This document shows positions 25,836-32,000 of a DNA stretch of 32,000 bases, piece by piece. The stretch covers positions 6,180,001 to 6,212,000 of the forward strand of contig NZ_LN831039.1 of the NCBI RefSeq assembly GCF_001457595.1. The letters are read 5' to 3'. The DNA is from Mycolicibacterium smegmatis (GTDB lineage Bacteria; Actinomycetota; Actinomycetes; Mycobacteriales; Mycobacteriaceae). The position numbers were made by a program, and so were the translations under genes. How positions within the stretch are numbered: the stretch's first letter is position 1; each line of letters starts with the position of its first letter. Under the pieces are notes generated by a model, which was given only the letters and a program-made list of their open reading frames with translations, was not told the DNA's origin and ran no database searches.

Positions 25836-28800
25836 GTGACAGCAACGGACGACGCAGTTGGTGGGCACGCGGTCCCCGCTCAGTACCTGCTCTCATCGCT
25901 GGCACCTGCACCGCGGACGCTCATCGACATCCTCTACGACACCGCGCGGCGGTTCCCCGACGCACCCGCGATCGACGACGGCACGGTGCAGCTCACCTAT
26001 GCCGAACTCGTCGCCGACATCGAGGAGAGCGTCGCGTGGCTGGCCGCACGCGGCATCGGCCGCGGCGACCGGATCGGCATCCGGATGCCGTCGGGAAGTT
26101 ACGCGCTGTACGTCGCGATCCTGTCGGTGCTGGCGGCCGGGGCCGCCTATGTGCCTGTGGACGCCGACGATCCCGACGAGCGCGCCCAGTTGGTGTTCGG
26201 TGAGGCCGGCGTCGTCGGCGTGATCACCGAGCGCGGCCTGATCCGCGGCGTCGGCCAGTCGCGCGGCTGGCGCGCGGCGGCCCCGCTCGGCCGCGACGAC
26301 GCCTGGATCATCTTCACGTCGGGCTCTACCGGCACTCCCAAGGGAGTCGCCGTGACGCATCGCAGTGCCGCCGCGTTCGTCGACGCGGAAGCACGAATGT
26401 TTCTGCAGGACAACCCGATCGGACCGGGTGACCGGGTGCTCGCGGGCCTGTCGGTCGCGTTCGACGCATCGTGCGAGGAGATGTGGCTGGCCTGGCGCAA
26501 CGGTGCGTGCCTGGTGCCTGCGCCGCGGTCGCTGGTGCGCAGCGGGATGGACCTCGGCCCCTGGCTGGTGAGCCGCGACATCACCGTGGTGTCCACGGTT
26601 CCGACGCTGGCGGCGCTGTGGCCCGCCGAGGCGCTCGAATCGGTGCGGCTGCTGATCTTCGGCGGCGAGGCCTGCCCGCCCGAATTGGCGCAGCGGCTCG
26701 CGGTCGACGGCCGCGAGGTGTGGAACACCTACGGGCCCACCGAGGCCACCGTGGTGGCCTGCGCGGCGCGCCTCGACGGCCTTGGCCCGGTCAGCATCGG
26801 GCTGCCGTTGAGCGGCTGGGATCTGGCCGTGGTGGACCGTGACGGGCTCCCGGTGGCGGTCGGCGAGGTCGGTGAGCTGGTCATCGGCGGCGTCGGGCTG
26901 GCCCGTTACCTGGACCCGGACAAGGACCGCGAGAAGTACGCGCCGATGCCGACGCTGGGCTGGAGCCGCGCGTACCGCAGCGGGGATCTGGTGCGACTGC
27001 AGGACGACGGCCTGTACTTCCAGGGCCGCGCCGACGATCAGGTGAAGGTCGGCGGCCGCCGCATCGAGCTCGGCGAGGTCGACACCGCGCTGGTCAACCT
27101 TCCCGGCGTCAGCGCGGGGGCGGCGGCGGTCCGCAAGACCGCGAGCGGCACGCCGCTGCTGGTCGGCTACGTCGCGAGCCACGACCCGTCGTTCGACCTC
27201 GCGGCCGCGCGCGCCGCGCTGGCCGAATCGCTGCCTGCCGCGCTGGTACCGCGTCTGATCCTGCTCGACGAACTGCCGACCCGTACCTCCGGCAAGGTCG
27301 ACCGCAACGCCCTGCCCTGGCCGCCACCCGACGGTACCGATCAGGACGCCCCCGAACTCGTCGGCACCATGGGCTGGCTGGCCGGCCTGTGGCGCGACGT
27401 GCTCGGCACGACCGTCGACGGGCCCGAGGCCGATTTCATCGCGCTCGGCGGCGGGTCACTGTCGGCCGCGCAGCTCGTCGCCGCGATGCGCAGGCGCTAC
27501 CCGCAGGTGACTGTTGCCGACATCTACGACCATCCCCGGCTCGGTTCGCTGGCCGGATATCTCGACGAGCTGTCCCCGCCCCCGGAGATCACCGCGCGCG
27601 AGGTCGCCCCGACGTCGCGGCTCACGCAGGCCGCTCAGGTCGCGCTTTCGGTGCCGCTGGCCACGCTGACCGGCATGCAGTGGGTGGTGTGGCTGGGCCT
27701 GTTGAACAACGTCGCCGCCGCGCTGGACCTCGTGCCGTGGGCGCAGCCGGTCAACTGGTGGCTGCTGCTCGCCGGCTTCGGAGTGTTCATCACGCCCGTG
27801 GGCCGCATGGGTATCGCGGTGCTGTTCGCCCGGATGCTGTTGAGCGGCCTGCAACCCGGGACCTACCGCCGCGGCGGCGCGGTGCACCTGCGGGTCTGGT
27901 TCGCCGAGCGGCTCGCCGAGGCCAGCGGCGCCGAGAACCTCGCGGGCGCACCGTGGATGGTGTACTACGCCCGCGCGCTCGGCAACAGCGTCGGCAAGGG
28001 CGTCGACCTGCACTCGGCACCGCCGGTGACCGGCATGGCCAAGCTGGGGCACCGCTGCTCGATCGAACCCGAGGTGGATCTCAGCGGGCACTGGATCGAC
28101 GGGGACCTGTTCCACGTCGGCCCCATCACGGTCGGCAACGACGCCACGATCGGCGCCCGCACCACGCTGCTGCCCGGCGCCACGGTCGGCAAGAACGCCG
28201 ATGTGGCACCGGGGTCCGCGGTGGTCGGCAAGGTCAAGAACGGCCAGTACTGGAAGGGCTCGCCCGCCGTGAAGTCGGGCAAGGCGCGCCACCCGTGGCC
28301 CGATCACCGGCCGCCGCGCGCCCCCGTGTGGGTCGCGGTGTACGGCGTGACCTCCATCCTGCTGGGCAGCCTGCCGCTGGCGGGCCTGGCCGCGGGTCTC
28401 GCCGTGATCGGCTGGGGCATCCGTGACACCGCCACCCCGGTCGACGCGATCCTGCCCGCGCTGGCGTGGACGCCCGTGGCGACGGTGGTCGCGGTGCTCA
28501 CCTACGCCGTGTTGACCGTGCTGGGCGTGCGCGTGCTCTCGGTGGGGCTCAGCGAGGGCTACCACCCGGTGCGCAGCCGCGTGGGCTGGCAGTTGTGGGC
28601 CACCGAACGCCTCATGGACGCCGCGCGCAACTACCTGTTCCCCGTCTACGCGAGCCTGCTGACCCCGTGGTGGCTGCGTCTGCTGGGCGCGAAAGTCGGT
28701 GAGGGCACCGAAATCTCGACGGCGCTGTTCACCCCGAAGTTCACCGAGGTACAGGACGGCGCGTTCCTGGCCGACGACACCATGGTCGCGTCGTACGAAC

Positions 28801-29771
28801 TGGGCGGCGGCTGGATCCACGTCGCCAAGGCCACCATCGGCAAGCGCGCGTTCCTCGGCAACTCGGGCATCACGCAACCCGGGCGCAAGGTGCCCGACGA
28901 CGGTCTGGTGGCCGTGCTGTCGGCCACGCCGCACAAGGCCAAGGCCGGCTCGTCGTGGCTGGGCAGCCCTCCGGTGCGGTTGCGGCGCAAGGCGACCGCC
29001 GCCGACGTGCTGCGCACCTTCCACCCGTCGCCGCGGCTGAAAGCCATGCGCGCGGCGGTCGAGACGTGCCGGATCATCCCGGTGATCATCACGTTCGGCA
29101 TCGGGGTGGCGGTGCTGGGTGCACTGCAGACGCTGGTGCTGCGGTTCGGTTACCTGTGGGCCGCGCTCGCGAGCGGACTGGTGCTGCTGGCCGCGGGTGC
29201 CCTGGCCGGGCTCATCGCGGTGGCCGCGAAGTGGTCGGTGATCGGGCGGATCCGCGCCGTCGAGCATCCGTTGTGGTCGTCGTTCGTGTGGCGCAACGAG
29301 GTCTCGGACACGTTCGTCGAGACCGTCGCGGCGCCGTGGTTCGCGCGGGCCGCGACCGGCACCCCGGTGATGAACCTGTGGCTGCGCGCACTCGGCGCGT
29401 CGATCGGACGCGGGGTGTGGTGTGAGACCTACTGGCTGCCCGAGGCCGACCTGGTGAGCCTCGGCGCGGGGGCCACCGTCAACCGCGGGTGTGTGGTGCA
29501 GACGCACCTGTTCCACGACCGCATCATGCGGATGGACAGCGTTGTCCTGGAAGCGGGTTCGACGCTGGGACCGCACTGCGTGGCGCTGCCTGCCGCCCGA
29601 TTGGGCGCCGGCGCCACGGTGGGACCCGGATCGCTCGTGATGCGTGGCGACGAGGTTCCGTCGTCGACGCGGTGGCAGGGCAATCCGATCGCGCCGTGGG
29701 ACATGTTCGGCAAGAAACGCACCGCCGCCGCGTCGGCGCGCAAGAAGACGACAGAGAAACCGGCCGCGTGA
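25836..29771 (+). CDS. Pls-type (epsilon-poly-L-lysine-synthetase-like) single-module membrane NRPS: A - T - (2 TM + soluble domain) x3
   Basis: 1311 aa. Adenylation cores: IIFTSGSTGTPKGV, FDAS, NTYGPTEATV, YRSGDL, GRADDQVKVGGRRIELGEV, SGKVDR. The carrier motif is LGGGS (Ser541, nt 27456-27458). Three hydrophobic helix pairs then alternate with three mutually similar hexapeptide-rich soluble segments. No HHxxxDG condensation motif and no recognisable thioesterase domain. GTG start. Confidence 0.9.
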   Translation: MTATDDAVGGHAVPAQYLLSSLAPAPRTLIDILYDTARRFPDAPAIDDGTVQLTYAELVADIEESVAWLAARGIGRGDRIGIRMPSGSYALYVAILSVLAAGAAYVPVDADDPDERAQLVFGEAGVVGVITERGLIRGVGQSRGWRAAAPLGRDDAWIIFTSGSTGTPKGVAVTHRSAAAFVDAEARMFLQDNPIGPGDRVLAGLSVAFDASCEEMWLAWRNGACLVPAPRSLVRSGMDLGPWLVSRDITVVSTVPTLAALWPAEALESVRLLIFGGEACPPELAQRLAVDGREVWNTYGPTEATVVACAARLDGLGPVSIGLPLSGWDLAVVDRDGLPVAVGEVGELVIGGVGLARYLDPDKDREKYAPMPTLGWSRAYRSGDLVRLQDDGLYFQGRADDQVKVGGRRIELGEVDTALVNLPGVSAGAAAVRKTASGTPLLVGYVASHDPSFDLAAARAALAESLPAALVPRLILLDELPTRTSGKVDRNALPWPPPDGTDQDAPELVGTMGWLAGLWRDVLGTTVDGPEADFIALGGGSLSAAQLVAAMRRRYPQVTVADIYDHPRLGSLAGYLDELSPPPEITAREVAPTSRLTQAAQVALSVPLATLTGMQWVVWLGLLNNVAAALDLVPWAQPVNWWLLLAGFGVFITPVGRMGIAVLFARMLLSGLQPGTYRRGGAVHLRVWFAERLAEASGAENLAGAPWMVYYARALGNSVGKGVDLHSAPPVTGMAKLGHRCSIEPEVDLSGHWIDGDLFHVGPITVGNDATIGARTTLLPGATVGKNADVAPGSAVVGKVKNGQYWKGSPAVKSGKARHPWPDHRPPRAPVWVAVYGVTSILLGSLPLAGLAAGLAVIGWGIRDTATPVDAILPALAWTPVATVVAVLTYAVLTVLGVRVLSVGLSEGYHPVRSRVGWQLWATERLMDAARNYLFPVYASLLTPWWLRLLGAKVGEGTEISTALFTPKFTEVQDGAFLADDTMVASYELGGGWIHVAKATIGKRAFLGNSGITQPGRKVPDDGLVAVLSATPHKAKAGSSWLGSPPVRLRRKATAADVLRTFHPSPRLKAMRAAVETCRIIPVIITFGIGVAVLGALQTLVLRFGYLWAALASGLVLLAAGALAGLIAVAAKWSVIGRIRAVEHPLWSSFVWRNEVSDTFVETVAAPWFARAATGTPVMNLWLRALGASIGRGVWCETYWLPEADLVSLGAGATVNRGCVVQTHLFHDRIMRMDSVVLEAGSTLGPHCVALPAARLGAGATVGPGSLVMRGDEVPSSTRWQGNPIAPWDMFGKKRTAAASARKKTTEKPAA

Positions 29772-31105
29772 CGAGGTCCAAGAAGGTCGCCAAGAAAGCC
29801 GGGCACCCGCCTGTCATCGACCCGTACCTGCCCGGAAACGGCAACTTCGGCTACCGGGTGTCGCGCTACGAACTCGACCTCGAATACAAGGTTGCGAGCA
29901 ACCGTCTGACCGGGACCGCGACCATCACCGCGGTGACGCTTGCGGCGCTGCGAACGTTCACCCTCGACCTGTCGGACAACCTCTCGGTGGGCAAGGTCTC
30001 GGTGAACGGCCGCAGGCCCGCACAGTTCCGCTGCTCCGGGGCGAAACTGCACATCACGCTGCCCTCGGCGCTGCCCGCTGGCTCCGCGATGACCATCGTC
30101 GTCCGCTACAGCGGCAATCCGCGGCCCATCGACACCCTGTGGGGTGACGTCGGTTTCGAGGAACTCACCAACGGGGCGCTCGTCGCGGGCCAGCCCAACG
30201 GCGCGGCGTCGTGGTTCCCGTGCGACGACCATCCCAGCGCCAAGGCCTCCTACCGTATCCAGATCAGCACCGACAGCCCGTACCACGCGATCGCCAACGG
30301 GGAACTGTTGTCGCGCAAGGTGCGTGCGGGCCACACCGTGTGGACCTACGAACTCGCCGAGCCCACCTCGCCGTATCTGGTGACGCTGCAGATCGGCATG
30401 TACGAATCGCACCGGATGACCAAGACCCCGGTACCGATGCACGCCGTGCTGCCGCCGCGCCTGCGATCGGCGTTCGACCACGACTTCGAGCGTCAACCGC
30501 AGATGATGAAGCTTTTCGTCAAACTCTTCGGCCCGTATCCGCTGAGCACCGGCTACACCGTGGTGGTCACCGACGACGACCTCGAGATACCGCTTGAGGC
30601 CCAGGGCATCTCGATCTTCGGCGCCAACCACTGTGACGGCAGCCGCGGGTCCGAGCGTCTCATCGCCCACGAGTTGGCCCACCAGTGGTTCGGCAACTCG
30701 GTGACGGCGCGGCGCTGGCGCGACATCTGGCTGCACGAGGGATTCGCGTGCTACGCCGAGTGGTTGTGGTCGGAGAACAGCGGCGGGCGCAGCGCGGCCG
30801 AGTGGGCACAGCACTACTACGACAAGTTGCGGCACTCCCCGCAGGACCTGCTGCTGGCCGATCCCGGCCCGCGCGACATGTTCGACGACCGCGTGTACAA
30901 GCGCGGAGCCATGACCCTGCATGTGCTGCGCGAGCGGATCGGCGACAAGGACTTCTTTGCGCTACTGCAGGATTGGACCACACGCCACCGGCACAGCACG
31001 GCGTTCACCGACGATTTCACGGGCCTGGCCGCCGGTTACACCAGTGAATCGCTGCAGCCGCTGTGGCAGGCGTGGCTGTACTCGGAAGCGCTGCCGCCGC
31101 TGTGA
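29768..31105 (+). CDS. M1-family zinc metallopeptidase (short, ~445 aa, no signal peptide)
   Basis: The gluzincin signature is HELAH (30668-30682) -X18- E (WLHEGFACY). Also present are FPCDDHP (the FPCFDEP-like block) and the catalytic-Tyr block VYKRGAM. GTG 29768-29770 forms a GTGA overlap with the synthetase stop. The track ORF from 29489 is over-extended. Confidence 0.85.
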   Translation: MTRSKKVAKKAGHPPVIDPYLPGNGNFGYRVSRYELDLEYKVASNRLTGTATITAVTLAALRTFTLDLSDNLSVGKVSVNGRRPAQFRCSGAKLHITLPSALPAGSAMTIVVRYSGNPRPIDTLWGDVGFEELTNGALVAGQPNGAASWFPCDDHPSAKASYRIQISTDSPYHAIANGELLSRKVRAGHTVWTYELAEPTSPYLVTLQIGMYESHRMTKTPVPMHAVLPPRLRSAFDHDFERQPQMMKLFVKLFGPYPLSTGYTVVVTDDDLEIPLEAQGISIFGANHCDGSRGSERLIAHELAHQWFGNSVTARRWRDIWLHEGFACYAEWLWSENSGGRSAAEWAQHYYDKLRHSPQDLLLADPGPRDMFDDRVYKRGAMTLHVLRERIGDKDFFALLQDWTTRHRHSTAFTDDFTGLAAGYTSESLQPLWQAWLYSEALPPL

Positions 31106-32000
31106 CCGACGGCGGTGCGCCTGCCCCATTCGATCCGGACGATCCGGCGCGTGGCGCGATCACCCGCAGCAGCATCGCCCGCGTCGGGTCGGCGACCGCC
31201 ATCACGGCACTGTGCGGCTACGCCGTGCTGTACCTCGCCGCGCGTGACCTCGAACCCGCGGGATTCTCGGTGTTCGCGGTGTTCTGGGGCGCCTTCGGAC
31301 TTGTCACCGGCGCGGCCAACGGCCTGCTGCAGGAGGCCACGCGTGAGGTCCGGTCGGTCCAGGTCGCGCCCCGGGTGTCCGGGGTTTCGGGGCCGCGCAC
31401 ACATCCGATGCGGGTGGCGGCCGCGGTCGGGGTGGTCGCGGCGCTGGTCATCGCGGGCACCTCGCCGCTGTGGAGCGGGCACGTGTTCGTGGAGTCGCGC
31501 GCCCTTTCCGTCGCCCTGCTCAGCGTCGGTCTGGCCGGGTTCTGCCTGCACGCGACATTGTTGGGCATGCTCGCCGGTATCGACCGCTGGACCGAATACG
31601 GCGCGTTGATGGTCACCGACGCGGGCATCCGTGTGGGGGTGGCCGCCGCGTCGTTCGTCTTAGGTTGGGGTCTGGGCGGTTATCTGTGGGCCACCGTCGC
31701 GGGGGCGGGCGCGTGGCTGATCCTGTTGCTCACCGCACCCGCCGCGCGTGTGGCCGCCCGCCAGGTCACCGCGGGCGGCACGTGGACGTTCGTCCGCGGG
31801 ACCGCACACTCGATCGCCGCGGCCGGGGCCAGCGCGATCCTGGTGATGGGATTCCCGGTGCTGCTCAAGGCCACGTCCGCCGATCTCGGTGCGGCAGGCG
31901 GTGTGGTGATCCTGGCCGTCACGCTCACGCGGGCCCCGCTGCTGGTGCCGCTCACCGCGATGCAGGGCAACCTGATCGCCCATTTCGTCGACCAGGCCCG
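31102..32000 (+). CDS. multi-pass membrane protein, MOP/Wzx (polysaccharide-biosynthesis/flippase)-like, 5' part (runs off the right edge)
   Basis: Not in the ORF track. From GTG 31102 (GTGA overlap with the peptidase stop) an uninterrupted frame reads VTDGGAPAPFDPDDPARGAITRSSIARVGSATAITALCGYAVLYLAARDLEPAGFSVFAVFWGAFGLVTGAANGLLQEATREV...AILVMGFPVLLKATS...LTRAPLLVPLTAMQGNLIAHFVDQA. It has strong GC3 bias and at least 6 hydrophobic helices. Confidence 0.55.
   Translation, partial: MTDGGAPAPFDPDDPARGAITRSSIARVGSATAITALCGYAVLYLAARDLEPAGFSVFAVFWGAFGLVTGAANGLLQEATREVRSVQVAPRVSGVSGPRTHPMRVAAAVGVVAALVIAGTSPLWSGHVFVESRALSVALLSVGLAGFCLHATLLGMLAGIDRWTEYGALMVTDAGIRVGVAAASFVLGWGLGGYLWATVAGAGAWLILLLTAPAARVAARQVTAGGTWTFVRGTAHSIAAAGASAILVMGFPVLLKATSADLGAAGGVVILAVTLTRAPLLVPLTAMQGNLIAHFVDQA

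Noticed and set aside
27456-29576. 706-aa minus-strand ORF, together with 25893..27182 (429 aa) and 29429..30922 (497 aa)
   Set aside because: All three are antisense to the Pls-like synthetase and the M1 peptidase. They have Arg/Gly/Pro/His-rich composition and no motifs. The plus-strand frames carry complete catalytic signatures.
25836-29771. Reading the large ORF as a conventional (possibly truncated) NRPS module or as a fused acyl-CoA ligase/acetyltransferase
   Set aside because: It has no condensation, epimerisation, reductase or thioesterase motifs. The C-terminal 700 aa have a regular 3 x (TM-TM-soluble) organisation, which fits the Pls-type architecture much better than a decayed NRPS.
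1-32000. Search for tRNA/rRNA genes, CRISPR arrays, IS elements or transposases, integrases, toxin-antitoxin pairs and long direct or inverted repeats
   Set aside because: None was recognised by eye. Intergenic space is small, the longest gaps being about 290, 255, 230 and 228 bp, and is accounted for by promoter or leader regions. A formal scan (tRNAscan-SE, Infernal/Rfam, ISfinder, repeat finder) would be needed to exclude short elements.

Overview
High-GC (roughly two-thirds G+C) actinobacterial chromosome segment. The gene order looks mycobacterial: tilS, an Rv3626c-like Zn-protease, dacB and ppa sit together as I recall for M. tuberculosis Rv3625c-Rv3628, and the rest suggests a fast-growing Mycolicibacterium. 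About 30 genes are packed almost without gaps. I recognised no rRNA, tRNA, CRISPR array, IS element or prophage.

Layout:
(1) 1-3394: core block tilS / zinc protease / PBP4-type DacB / inorganic pyrophosphatase.
(2) 3455-3985: an orphan OHCU-decarboxylase-like gene.
(3) 3961-13400, minus strand: a nine-gene, translationally coupled operon. It holds a family-5 SBP, two permeases, two ATPases (Dpp/Opp-type ABC importer), a TauE/SafE permease, an IclR regulator, glucarate dehydratase GudD and a D-2-hydroxyacid dehydrogenase.
(4) 13694-15618: a second 2-hydroxyacid dehydrogenase and a LysR regulator.
(5) 15875-19925: a partner-switching module (STAS antagonist plus RsbW-like kinase) facing a REC-PP2C phosphatase / CHASE3-HAMP histidine kinase / single-domain response regulator operon.
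(6) 20156-23990, minus strand: a second GlucD-like enolase, 5-dehydro-4-deoxyglucarate dehydratase and a 2-oxoglutarate-semialdehyde dehydrogenase, which complete an oxidative glucarate/galactarate route.
(7) 24133-25607: a small LLM-like fragment ORF and a TerC membrane protein preceded by a candidate yybP-ykoY (Mn2+) riboswitch.
(8) 25836-32000, plus strand: the most interesting part. A 1311-aa Pls-type (epsilon-poly-L-lysine-synthetase-like) single-module A-T-membrane synthetase carries a lysine-type specificity code. It is chained by GTGA start/stop overlaps to an M1 zinc metallopeptidase and then to a MOP/Wzx-like multi-pass membrane protein that is missing from the ORF track.

Many long ORFs in the track are antisense or N-terminally over-extended high-GC artefacts. 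Starts were re-set from codon overlaps, SD sequences and homology to remembered family sequences. All homology statements rest on motif recognition by eye, not on database searches.
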